A stretch of DNA of 63,055 nt, filler included, from Collodictyon triciliatum (taxonomy: Eukaryota), in the NCBI GenBank assembly GCA_043381765.1. It is 19 parts of 19 records of this genome, joined end to end, with 100 filler letters (N's around TTAATTAATTAA, not from the genome) between each part and the next. Parts side by side here need not be neighbours in the genome. Positions count along the whole stretch, not along the records: positions 13,302 to 16,593 come from JBHJMP010007618.1; positions 16,694 to 19,916 come from JBHJMP010007619.1; positions 20,017 to 23,238 come from JBHJMP010007620.1; positions 23,339 to 26,560 come from JBHJMP010007621.1; positions 26,661 to 29,881 come from JBHJMP010007622.1; 14 more parts are not named here. The stretch is one strand, 5' to 3'. The position numbers and the translations under genes are program-made. The notes under the pieces were generated by a model. The model did no database searches. It was not told the origin of the DNA and was given only the letters and a program-made list of their open reading frames with translations. This document shows, in pieces, positions 13,748 to 26,709 of the stretch (its first letter is position 1; every line of letters starts with the position of its first letter).

Positions 13748-15590
13748 ATGCACCTACAGCGATTAATTTGTCTTGCAACATTGATTGCCTTTGCATATGG
13801 AATGTGCTTGGTCAGCGGGTCTGAGCGACTCGCCCACGATGCTTTTAGCCGTGCAGTCTATGGACTTGATGGACGGAGAGACAACTACGAACTCCTTCCC
13901 AAACAGCAAAAGTTGGGCGAGAGTGTGGTTGCGATTATACCAAAGTCTAAGGTAATTTTATGTTTTGCGGTATGGCGCCATAGGATAAAAACAAATCGTC
14001 ACCATTTTTTTCTATTTTATTTTTATTTTTACTAAACTTTATGTATTGGATTTTTATTGGATTTTTATTGGATTTTTATTGGATTTTTATTGGATTTTTA
14101 TTGGATTTTTATTGGATTTTTATTGGATTTTTATTGGATTTTATTGGATTTTATTGGATTTTATTGGATTTTATTGGATTTTATTGGATTTTATTGGATT
14201 TTATTGGATTTTATTGGATTTTATCCAAAAATCAAGTCAATATTTTGCGGGGAAAATATTCATTCTTCCAAGCATAATTTTCTTTCAACTTTACCGTATT
14301 TTTTTGTTTTTCTTTTGTTTTAGATGAGGTTTGCAAACAATATGTTCATGATAACAGACCTTACCACATGGAAGCAGAAAGGTGTATGCACGAAGGTTCC
14401 ATTTTCTAGCCAGGTATTGAAAACGTCAATTTTACTAAACGCAAAAATTGGATAATATAAAAACTTACAGCCCCTCTTGGTATTTTGCAAGATAGGAGAT
14501 GATAAATATAGTGGTTCTAATGCGATTGGGGGGGAACACTCACACACAAAGAAATAAAAATTGCACAATTTATTCACCCTTTTTATTTTAAAAAAAATAA
14601 ATAAAATTGGTCGTCAATAAAAGATGTCTACAGCTTCATGTAGTGGGTTTTTGGTGAGCAGAAATCAAGTAGTTACTTCCGCGGAATGGTTTGCATGGTT
14701 CATTCATATGTTTATTTACATATATTTTCAGATTTAATACGTTTATTTCAGTCTGACGATAAAGTACCAATCCTCCTTGAAACCCCCCTCTTGATTTAGT
14801 ATTAAAGACGAAGACGATTGTTCGCGGGTTTACTTCGTCTTCGATTTTGTCATGACAAATTTCGACCGTGTTAACTGGAGGTTTACTCGAGAACAGGTTT
14901 GTATTTATCACTGGAGAATATGTATCTGAGATATTTAACACACTCATTTCTCTGGACTTTCATGTACAAGTTTATCATACGCTTCATGAGATACTAAAAA
15001 GACTGATGAATTCAAAAAAAATGATAATTATATATATAATTATATATATTAAAGGTATTCGAATGCGCCTCGTTTGTCAGGAAAATGGATATCTACATCA
15101 ATTTTGCAATCATTACACTGCGTCATTCTGTACAACGAGATGTTTTAGCTATAGACTCATCATTGGTGAGTTATATTTCTGTCAAAACACAACTTCATAT
15201 TTTTTCCCATTATTCGATTCAAAGAAAACGCGCTCTCATGTTAACGCGAAAGTCAAGAATCATAATATTAGCGCTGTCTACTCCATTGGTCATATCGCTG
15301 GTTTACCGAGAAAATATATCGGAGGTGGAAACATTCAATACCAGTGGTCAAATACTGAAGCCTTTCGATATTTTATAACTGTGAGCCATCTAAAATGAAT
15401 GTTTTTTTTTTTTAAAAAAAAAAAAAAGGGCGTGTGATTTAATCGTAAATATTGCTCAAAAGTTACTTCAAAATATGAGGCTGTCACTATATTTCTTTTT
15501 AGAAAATAAATGTGATATTAAAGAAAATTTGCCATTTACTGTCGACAAAAGACGGCGACCTGTCAGAGTGCTCTTTGTAGCTCGTTTTAA

Positions 15591-15658
<68 letters not shown>

Positions 15659-16313
15659 TGAAGTCATCCTGAACTCGCTTTTTCTTTCAATATCAGGACC
15701 TAGATGCATTCGGCGAGAGTGAAGGGTCTCCTGTTTTCTACGAGCATAACGATCATGTGGCGGGGATAATGCTCCATCGCGCACCAGGATTTACTTGGGA
15801 TGAAACAGGTGAATGTCATAAACCTAGTACTTGTGCGGGTGTAGACCCGCTCAGTAAAAACTGCTTCGGGCAAAAAGTGGCTACGTTATCGGCCATCCAA
15901 TCATATATCCCGAAAGTATGCAATTTCGATGTGGATTGCGCAAACCATGGAGCTTGCACGAATGGCACATGCATTTGCAGTCCAGGATATTATGTATGAA
16001 ATTTTGATTGCTTCTTTTGTTAATAAGCTATACAATACGATAGTTTTATGCCAATAAGCCCATTAAGACCATTTGATAATGTCAGGGCGCTGACTGTTCA
16101 TTCAGATGCTCGCATGACATATGTAATAACAACGGTAAATGTGTTGGTTTGTGGGAATGTGAATGTGATGAAGGGTTTTCGGGAGATCTGTGCGGGGATG
16201 CTGGGACAAAGTGGACAGGTCAACAGGAAAATGGTGACCATATGCCATCGCCATCACTGTGTTTTATGGCGGTCACCATATGCTTTTGGATTCTTTTTCA
16301 ATGGATGCAATAA
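13748..16313 (+). CDS. Secreted trypsin-fold (bacterial S1-like) pseudoprotease with two EGF-like modules and a hydrophobic C-terminus
   Basis: Signal peptide MHLQRLICLATLIAFAYG. Spliced core CSGFLVSRNQVVTSAECIKDEDDCSRVYFVFDF...NFAIITL...IGHIAGLPRKY...DLDAFGESEGSPVF. EGF modules CANHGACTNGTCICSPGYYGADC and CNNNGKCVGLWECECDEGFSGDLC. Ends LCFMAVTICFWILFQWMQ*. Confidence 0.85.
14045..14224. repeat. Intronic 10/11-bp tandem repeat (ATTGGATTTT[T])n; representative of the simple repeats at most contig ends
   Basis: Seen directly. Others include (TTTC)n 6653-6762, (TTACTA)n 13105-13201, (AAAC)n 13302-13420, (TTAC)n 16481-16593, (ATT)n 23368-23469, (GTTGGTTTTT)n 59841-59940. Confidence 0.95.
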
Positions 16314-16493
16314 GAAATCTCAATAAAAAAAAATGGAATGAATATAACTAGGCATTTGTGTGGGAGTGGGTTTTTTTATAAAAAAAAAAAAATTAATTCA
16401 ACATGAGATGAACTTGTGAGATCTAAATGTACTGTCTTGAATGATTTCTCTGTCGTGATTTCGAAGTGCTGTAAATATAATTACTTACTTTAC

Positions 16494-16593
<100 letters not shown>

Positions 16594-17154
16594 NNNNNNN
16601 NNNNNNNNNNNNNNNNNNNNNNNNNNNNNNNNNNNNNTTAATTAATTAANNNNNNNNNNNNNNNNNNNNNNNNNNNNNNNNNNNNNNNNNNNNTTTCTAG
16701 TCTTATCCGAATCTTACTTAAAATAAAATAAATAAAATAAATAAAATAAATAAAATAAATAAAATAAATGAAATAAATGAAATAAATAAAATAAATAAAA
16801 TAAATAAAATAAATAAAATAAATAAAATAAATAAAATTAAAATAAATTAAATTAAAATAAATTAAATTAAATTAAAATAAAACAAAACAAAACAAAACAA
16901 AATAGAATAAAATAGAATAAAATAGAATAAAATAGAATAAAATAAAATAGAATAAAATAAAATAAAATAAAATAAAATAAAATAAAATAAAATAAAATAA
17001 AATAAAATAAAATAAAATAAAATAAAATAAAATAAAATAAAATAAAAAAGAAAACTGAAATAGACAAACAACTCCTTAACACATACGATAATATTTTGAT
17101 GCACGATTTTATTTTTAAGAAATAATTACTCTGATTGACTTATTTTCCTAATAG

Positions 17155-19693
17155 ACTTAAAAAAGCGGCTCGGGAACATGGGTGGGACGTGGTTCTTGTC
17201 GATCTTCGCTGGGGAACACACACGGATCAGCGCCGCTCGTCTATTGTAAGTTTCTACACGGATGTTGTTATATATATGCTCAGCAAAATCCATATCGATG
17301 AAAAGATGATTTTCTCGAGGGGTTCGTCTGTTTGGAATAGTTTTGTGCGGAGTTGGTTGCTTCGCTGCCTTTTGTCAGGGAGAGCTGTAAAATATTCCGT
17401 GAAACAAGGAACAAATAACCAATTTTTTCTCAGCATATCGACTGTATATCACTTACAGATGCTGAAGGAGGCTCTGACAGAGGTGACAAATAGTGATTAT
17501 TTCGTCAGCATCATTGGAGGAGGGTAATCCACCACTCATTGTAAATATGATCTTATTTAATTGAATCTGAGTACCTAAAGAAAGTCTACCAAACCGAAGT
17601 TATCACATGGATAATATTTATTTCATAACATAACTAGATTAATTTATTAGTCCCTCTAAAATTGGCATCCAAGGTAATTTTCGAATGTTATATATGAGCT
17701 ACATTTGACCTACTTGATATTTAGGTATGGTTGGAGACCTGATATATCCCAGATGAATGGATGGGACCAAGGTATAATCAAAGATTTTCCTTGGATCTCA
17801 CAATACGTTGGGTGCAGCGTGGAAGAGATCGAGGTAATAAGTCAAATCACATCGTATATTATTTAATAATCACAGAAGATTTTACAACACACTTTTTTCC
17901 CCTCTACTCATGTACATGTTAGATTCGAGCTGCCGCATTTGAAAATAATCCCAGGATTTCTCGCGTCTTTTTTCATATTCACCCAAGGCAAGTCGCACCG
18001 AAGCCAGAAACAATTGCTAAGAAAATGAAAAGAAGTCGAGAAGAAAAAATCAAGGTTACAACCTCAGCATCACCTACTTCCAAGTGCATACTCCTGTGAA
18101 GTTTTTATATTACTTGCTAACTTCTTATACACTATTATTATTCTTTAATCACTTTTTTTTTTAGAGCGATACTAAAAATGCTGCACGCATAGGACAAGAA
18201 ATTGAAAGAATTGAAAGAGGAAATTAGGGCGAAGTATTATGTCTTTAATGGAGATGACGATTTGTATGAAATGCAACAACTCACGCAAAAGATGATTATG
18301 TCATTAAAGGCTGATTTGAGCTCCACGATGACGGTGCGTGGTGAACCACTGATTTATTGCCCAACCATGCTATCAATTCTGAAAGAAAACATAAAACCTG
18401 AGTTCATCTATGTATGTCTTAAACTGACTTTTTTTTTAAAAAAAAAAAGAACATGCTCCCACGAATGCGATCTAATGAAATAATGAAGTTTGAACTGGCG
18501 CGAGGATTTTGTGGGAGAGAGAAGGAGCTTCAAAATGTATTTGAATTGGTAAGCATAATTTTACAACTCTGCAGGGGGTTTTCTTGGTGAAGTTTATCAA
18601 ATTAACGCATCTATTCTCAACAGATGGACTCTCAAAGAGAAAAAGAGCATTCGCCGATTGTTATCACAGGAGATGCTGGTTTGAGAGCGTATTTTCGGAA
18701 TATAATTATTTTATGGAATTATGATTCAGATCTAAAAAAAATCCCATTCATTTTCTTTTCTTTTTCTTTTATCTCCCTTTATGAAATACTGAAGTTCCTT
18801 CATCTTGCCTGTTAATTAATCAGGAGCCGGGAAATCTTCTTACATGGCTAAATTAGCGATAGAACTGTCAAAAAGACCAAATTCTATTGTTATATCACAC
18901 TTTGTCAATCCTGCCATCTTCAACGATTCTCTGGAGAGGCACATATCTTAAATTTACTTGATTCGATCTTCCTTTTTCGCAAGAAATTCGTTCATGTCCA
19001 AAATATTTACACCCATCTCCATAACGACGGATTTTATTTATCTCGATTGTAACCACCATGATTTCATCAACAATTAGTTTGATTGAGCTGTTGTATTCTA
19101 CACTTCACTCACAATTAAGTATACCGGATGTCCCTGAGTCAATCTCACAAAGTTAGATGCCTTGAATTAAATAAAAAGGATTATAATTTATTTATCCCTA
19201 TAGTGCCTATTTGAGCCTAGTGGATTCTAACATTAATTCAATTTATATCCCAACTTTGTATTTTCTTGCTATTCGAAGCCACTATTCATGAAACTCCGCT
19301 GGCATGATTGCCATCCTCATCCACGATTATCTGTCTTATAGGAGATCTATCCCATCCGGATGCATTTGCGCATATACCTTTCATTGCAAGATCAACCCAG
19401 AAACAGTATAAACTCCTTATTTTTACACCATCCAGTGCATTATTCATCCGTTCGCAACAAATTACGCGTTTTGATACTATCAGCTCATCTCTAATCAATT
19501 GCTTGCTCAATTTTTCAGGAGAACAACGATCTATTTGTTGATTGACGGGGCGGATATGATAAATGTAAAGCCAGGAGGGGACCTACCGTCAGAGCTGGGA
19601 TGGTTACCAGTAAAGCTGCCTCCAAATCTCTATGTCATCATATCAAGAACTGAACCATGGCTCCAGTCTGAAAAAACGAATCCGCAATGGAAG
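17155..19693 (+). CDS. DUF4062 + NACHT-like STAND NTPase (NPHP3/TEP1-like), partial
   Basis: VDLRWG, FVSIIGGRYGW, SVEEIEI, FVGREKEL, Walker A ITGDAGAGKSS (split by an intron), Walker B LLIDGAD, WLPVKLPPNLYVIIS. Confidence 0.85.
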
Positions 19694-20091
19694 GTATTTT
19701 GCACAGCTGCGTCGTCAAAGATTGATTTTTATTTTGGAATTTTTAAGCAATAATAATACTAATAATACTAATAATACTAATAATACTAATAATACTAATA
19801 ATAATACTAATAATACTAATAATACTAATAATACTAATAATAATACTAATAATAATACTAATAATAATACTAATAATAATACTAATAATAATACTAATAA
19901 TAATACTAATAATAATNNNNNNNNNNNNNNNNNNNNNNNNNNNNNNNNNNNNNNNNNNNNTTAATTAATTAANNNNNNNNNNNNNNNNNNNNNNNNNNNN
20001 NNNNNNNNNNNNNNNNACAAAAACAAAAACAAAAACAAAAACAAAAACAAAAACAAAAACAAAAACAAAAAACAAAAAACAAAAACAAAAA

Positions 20092-20164
<73 letters not shown>

Positions 20165-21706
20165 AAAAAAACAAAAAAACAAAAAAACAAAAAAACAAAA
20201 AACAAAAAACAAAAACCAAAAACCAAAAAACAAAAAACAAAAAACAAAAAACAAAAACAAAAAAACAAAAAACAAAAAACAAAAAACAAAAAACAATAAA
20301 ACAAAAAAACAAAAAAACAAAAAACAAAAAAATAAAATAATAAAATAACGTAATGAGTAGGAGATTGAAAGGAATAGTATATAGCCGATTTAAAATTTTA
20401 TATTCCAAAAATAGATTATGGTAGTTACGGATATTTGACCAATTATGTTCTTTTTTACTGAAGGAACTAATGGAAAGCGAGATTGCCATAATTGTGGTGC
20501 ATCAAGGTCTCGAGAATTTCTTTTTTTGTCCAACCCAACTGATTTCCGTTTTGGTGGCTCATTTCTTGTTGGGTTTGTGTGTGGATTGAAGGCAGATCAG
20601 AAAACTGCTTAGGTGAAGTTTTGTTATTATTCGGCAGTTTGGATAGATGTCTATCCGCAAAAGGCGAGCGTTACCAACGGCATTGCACATCAGAATAACA
20701 CAACCAACAGCATCAAAGTGAGATTCTTTTGTTGCGACATCACACCAATAACCAACAGCAAACGCACTCGAATCCTTCGACAATCTGCAATCAATGAGAG
20801 GAGCTCATGTGAGGAGCTGCTGCCTTTGTGTATCTTGTTCCTTTGACCTTTAAACAACATCGACGAGGCCGCCCGTGAAGCCAGCATTATTAAGAAGGAG
20901 AAAAAGAGACTTTGCAAATACTAATCCAAAATAAAATGCGAACATGAAGACAAAAGCACTTCCATCCTTTGGGCTTGCTTCAACCCTGCTGAGGACTTGG
21001 CTGCACTCTTCAGGCGAGCTTTTTCCGACACACTTTACGAAAGACACAGTGGAAGGAGAGCAAAAAACAATAGCATTTGTCCATGGAAAGTATAATGATA
21101 TGAGTGTGTTTTGCAATCGTATGTAGTCCTAAACTAACTGATGAATTATTAGGCCCGAGTCTGACTAATAGGCCACTGAATCCATATCATCATGCACAGT
21201 CATGCTATGCTTTTTTGAGGCCATTACGCATGCAACTAACACAATCATCTTCTTGGTCAAATAAATAGGACTGATATCTCCCCCTTGGCTTGTGTCTTGT
21301 GGGGCTTCTCGACCGCACTGCTATCCACACGGGGCAAGGAAGAAAAGCAGAATCTATTGAAACACAAGGCAATCCTTCCAATCTGCCTAATCCAGACTTA
21401 TTGCATTGATCAAGATGAGACTTTTTTTTTCATTATAAAACCATCATTGATTGATTCTCATTATTTGCCATGCTTTATTATTATTTTTTCAAGGGCCTGT
21501 CGCATTTCTCAGACCTTTTTTTTTGATAACCGAGGAATCTAGGAAGGGGTGGATCAAGCAAGACTTTTCATAACGAATACATACCATTTACTTTTCATGT
21601 GCCAACTTGTATCATATTCAGCAAACCTCTGTCTTTTAAAGACTTCAGCTTCTTAATGACTCTGTATGTCACATAGGCCCGCCATGCGTTAGTAAGGCTT
21701 TTGAAA

Positions 21707-22558
21707 TGATGGAAAACACAAGCCGCGACTCGTCGAAGGCTTCGCAAGTTGCAGCCAGTTCTTCTAGTTCCAACGCTGGCGCAGGAAACCCCAAGTTGCG
21801 CGGAAGTCTTGGAAGACCCGTGCAAGGAAGCCGCCTGTAAGTCTGTCTGAGCGGACAGTATTTTTGCACGGGGTCGAGCAAATCGTTTACAACAATAACA
21901 AGGCCCGCAGACTCACTGATGCGCTCGCCTCCTTATTGAAAGCGAACAAACTTTGGGAAGAGTCCATCCAATTGCGCTTACTGGACAGCGAAAGCCTTTG
22001 CCTGATTTCCTTCCACACTGCAGAAAACGCCCGAAAGCTTCTGGAGCTGAGGCAGGTAAGTTTGAGCGATATTACGAACCTCTTCGGCAGAAGTAAACTA
22101 ACAGAGACCCCTGTGATTCTCTACCAATTACCGCTGGGAGTGTGACACAACCCCTTCGTGAGGAGCTGAATCCGTTCAGACCGACCCACGTGGAGATCAA
22201 AATGGACAAAGGCTTCTTCACAGACACGGCCGTGGTGAAGCTTTTTTGTCACAAGAACCAGCTCCCTGCAAAGTTTACGGTCAAGGTAAAAAGTATTAAA
22301 AGCGCATCCTCAAAGAGCGTCTGCCAGCTGCGAACAAAGAACGACAAGTAAAAATCCCGCAAAAGAATACACCCACCAAGCAGACAAGCAGCAACGGGGT
22401 CAAGGAAGCCAAGGCCAGGCAACATCAAAGTCCGCAAGACTCACAGCAGATACACGCATACAGCGACAGCGACGATGACATGGAAGGAAATCTCGTTTCC
22501 TCTTCAGAATCCTCGCACTCGAGCCCTCCACCGCCAACACCGGACAAGCTCGCACATC
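21707..22558 (+). mobile_element. Degenerate non-LTR retrotransposon ORF1-like remnant, copy 1 (3'-truncated)
   Basis: Clearly alignable by eye with the reverse complement of about 56975-57826. Frameshifted ORF with RRM-like CLISFHTAENARKLL and VILYQLPL...LREELNPF. Confidence 0.65.
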
Positions 22559-22815
22559 TGCAATTCCGTCACCTCGAATAGAATCAAAAATCGCGTTGCA
22601 ATTCGCCACTCGTATAATGGTCTGTATGTGTGAATTTTTTTTTTTTTTATCAATTTTGGACTTTTTATCTACTGGCATCCAAAAAATAAACCAGTGCAAA
22701 ATTATATTGAGACTACATTTTTCTCTTCAACTCACACAACTAGACGGGTGACATTGGATAATTTTTTATACTTTCAAGCAGTTTGATGATAAAAAATATT
22801 CCTTTATTTATGTAG

Positions 22816-23176
22816 GTTTAACAAAAATCTATACGCGGGTGTCATGGAACCGTCAGAATGTGAAGTACTCGACGTCACAAAGCGGCTATTAACTTTTCTG
22901 TGCAGGACATCGAAGGCAAACATAACATAAGATATATTGTAGCTGCAGCACCCTTTGTGTTTCGACAATATACACCGTATTTTTAAGTTAAAAATCTAAG
23001 CCTAAGAATATGAATTCATACGTATGATTCCTATTTACTTCATAAATTTTTACTCTTTTCAAAAGATTATCATAGGGATGAAGCAATAACAGAAATGCCG
23101 AAAAAGGGACCAGTTTGGGTGCATTCTGGGGTTGTGTAGATGTTTCGAATCTTGCAAGGAAAGGTATGGACATCAA
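22816..23176 (+). CDS. Possible small exons of an unidentified gene
   Basis: GT-AG splicing gives FNKNLYAGVMEPSECE|DIEGKHNIRYIVAAAPFVFRQYTP|DEAITEMPKKGP. No family recognised. Confidence 0.3.
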
Positions 23177-23366
23177 GTAAGAAAGCAGGACTCTATTAAC
23201 ATGAAAAGCTCATGATGAAAGTATGCAAAATCTGTTAANNNNNNNNNNNNNNNNNNNNNNNNNNNNNNNNNNNNNNNNNNNNTTAATTAATTAANNNNNN
23301 NNNNNNNNNNNNNNNNNNNNNNNNNNNNNNNNNNNNNNAAAAACCTTGTTTATTTTTTTCACCAAC

Positions 23367-23470
<104 letters not shown>

Positions 23471-23473
23471 TAG

Positions 23474-26411
23474 GCCATCCCCTATACCTTAGGATAATAT
23501 TGGAAGAGACACTGAGCACATCGATACCTACCGAAGCCAGCCACATATTGGAGAAATTCCTCGCAGTATCTAATATTGATGACCTCTGGTCTGCTGTTAT
23601 AGACAACATGGAGAGCAACTATGGTTTGCTTAACACATGAGTTCATAAAGAAAAGTATCAAGTTACTGCCCACATATCTAAAATGAAATTATTTTGTAGG
23701 TGCTGATACTGTGAAAAAAACTCTGATGGCTCTTTCAATTTGTCGTCTGGGCCTGTCTGAGAATGAGTTGGAAAAGTATGCTGTAACGAGACTGAGAGAC
23801 GCGTATAACCACCGAAACTGGTATTTCTAGCTCAATGAAGCCATCTATTTTGTTTTGTGATATATATGCTCACGACAGAAAAAAAAAGTAGCCTTCGCTT
23901 GCATTTTGCTTAATTACATGGAAATCTAATTTGCGCTCATAAAGGAAAAATTTCGTCCTGGATTTGAGCCCATACCTGCATGTCAGGAACGGAAGGTGTG
24001 CATTGCAACTTTCTACAAACACTCTCTCCTTCTTATCATATAACTGACTTTCTATTCACAAACTTCAAACGCTATCTTTTCTACCATGTCATTCAATCCC
24101 TTCCTATTCAACTCTTTCTTTTAGATTGGTGATGGCTTTTCAATCGATGATGGATGCAACTACGTTGCGATATTGTTCAGATCCAGAATATGATACGGAG
24201 TCAAAAATTATGGCACTCTGGTTACATGAAGAATATAGCGAGATGGAGCTTGGGCCCGACATGACACGAGAAATATGTCGGTTGCTTCTGGAGAGCCAGT
24301 ATTTCGACTCGCTGTGTTCGTATCTGGAGAAGGAGAATGTACTATCGCGCAGAATACCTCGACTGAATCTTCCATACTACAATCGCCACATAAATGCACT
24401 ATTTATATTTATCTCTCATGGACATTTCTAAACAATATTTTGATTATTAGGTTATTCGCAAAATGCTATATTTCCATGAGGATGTGTTTGTTGGATGTTG
24501 GAAAATACTAGACAAAAACGGTTACGACCCTAAAATGCACCTGCTTCGACTGTTGAAGGTTCTCCCTTATATTTTTTTCTCTTCAAACACAGGGAATATT
24601 TTCCTAACCACTCATATATCCGATGCTTAATGAGACCCTCTTCTTTTTCATGAACAGGAGAAAACAGATGTTTCAAACTCTCTGCTCCGTTATTTCCAGG
24701 CACTGGGAGAACATCGGTTTCTTTTACCAATACTAGAATCCCGTATTGCAATGTGTGCTGATGATGGTACTGCACCTTGTGCATCATGCCATTCATCTTC
24801 ATATTGGCATTTTCCCCCGAAAACCCTATTGCTCCCTTTAAAACTTGGAGTCTTTTCAAGACATATTTACCTTTTTTTTAAAAAATATTTTACCATATTA
24901 CACCATCTACCGTGTAACTATATTCACAATGCCTCACTTATTCAGCCAGCAAAATCCCTGAGCTTGATACGATAGGAGACCTTTACGACAAGCTTGGAGA
25001 GTGCGTTCTCCTTTTAAAAAAAAAACATCCAATTATTCCGCGCATATTAAATTTCATATTTAACAAATCACAAAGTGGAACTACATTGACATTTCTGTAA
25101 TGAAAATATTACTGCCCTACACAGACACGATAATGCGATGAAGTCATATTCCGAGGCTTTGAAGCTCAAGCTTGAGGCTGAGGGTGTAGAATCGTACTCT
25201 CTTATCGAATCGTACAACAACCTTGGGCTAGTACACGAACATCTAAAGCAGTACGGCTGGGACCCTTGTCATTTCATTGTCATTTCATTGTCATTTCATT
25301 GTCATTTCATTGTCATTTCCTTCGTCATATCATTATGTTTTATCTTTACCTTTTCTTTTGTGCATTCACATTTGATAGGAAGATACAATATGATGGGATA
25401 TATCTTTCCAGTCCTTTTCAATAACATATTCCACAAAAGATACACCCAAGCGATGGACTATTACAAGAAATCGACCGACCTGACCATCCAGACGTTCGGA
25501 GAAGTGCATCCATCTCTTGCAACTCTATATTTTAACACAGGAATCCTTCTGGACTACGAGTCGAAGTTTCTTTTTTCTTCTCTTTCTTATCTACCGATTG
25601 GGTTTCAAAATTTTTTTCACTCTTTTTTCACCCTTTTTTCACCCTTTTTTTTTTATATGTGGATATGTGAATCTTAGAATGTTTGTGGGGAGGGTGAGAT
25701 GAAATTAAATTCCTTTATCATAACAGATTCTGTGAGTCACTTGAATACTATCAGAAGTGCCTCTCGATTCGCGAGAAACTCTATGTTCGAAACCATCCCG
25801 AAATTGTCTCTGCCCTTGTAGCGATAGGAAACAACTATTTGAATCAAAAGAGGTAGTAAACCGCCTTACTCCATTATTTCCTCCACTAATCCCGAACTAC
25901 TATTCAACACAAAGATAATTGAATTATGTTTGATACATAACCCGCATCATACTCATGCATGTTATGGAAATGCCAGGTCAGACGATGCCATATCCCACTA
26001 CAACCGCGCCTTTGAAATTGGGATGAAGTTGCATGGAGATACCCACAAAACTGTGAGTGATATTCTTAACCACATCGGCAACGCACACGCTATGCAGGAT
26101 AGGTATTATCATCACACCCTTTCTCCCCTCCTGTGATTAGACATATATATTCACAAATAGGGAACCGACATATCTCTTTATACCAAAGTAAATGATGAAA
26201 GCTATGTTATATATGATCGACCTTTTAATTTGTTAAAAAAGCAGTGCAATAAATATACTTCCTTCAAATATACTAATTCCTAATTTTTAAAGTTTCGAAC
26301 CCGCGTTGGATTATTATCTCCGGTCATACCAGATTCGATCAAAAGTACTCGACATTGACCACCCTGACCTGGCTATGTCCAACAACAATCTGGGACGGGC
26401 TTACTTGAAAG
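23474..26411 (+). CDS. Post-NACHT helical domain plus kinesin-light-chain-type TPR repeats (NPHP3-like), partial
   Basis: GHPLYLRIILEE, ICRLGLSENEL. TPRs such as SYNNLGLVHEHL, FGEVHPSLATLYFNTG, HGDTHKTVSDILNHIGNAH, DHPDLAMSNNNLGRAY. Confidence 0.85.
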
Positions 26412-26709
26412 TTGGAAAGTAAACACCCAATACTTTATTTTCTCCTGTTTTCCATCCATGTTTCATCATCCATTCGCAGAAATAGCAATTTCCAAAGAAA
26501 TGTTAATCTTTACGAATCCCTTGTAAAAGTGTATGGAAACAACTTTGATAACCATATTTTNNNNNNNNNNNNNNNNNNNNNNNNNNNNNNNNNNNNNNNN
26601 NNNNTTAATTAATTAANNNNNNNNNNNNNNNNNNNNNNNNNNNNNNNNNNNNNNNNNNNNTGTAAACAACCAATAAAATTCGAGGAGGTCCGTCCTTCCT
26701 TCCTTTACC

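Noticed and set aside
14752-14763. 12-nt microexon in the pseudoprotease
   Set aside because: A single intron 14689-14799 already gives the family-like ECIKDEDDC spacing.
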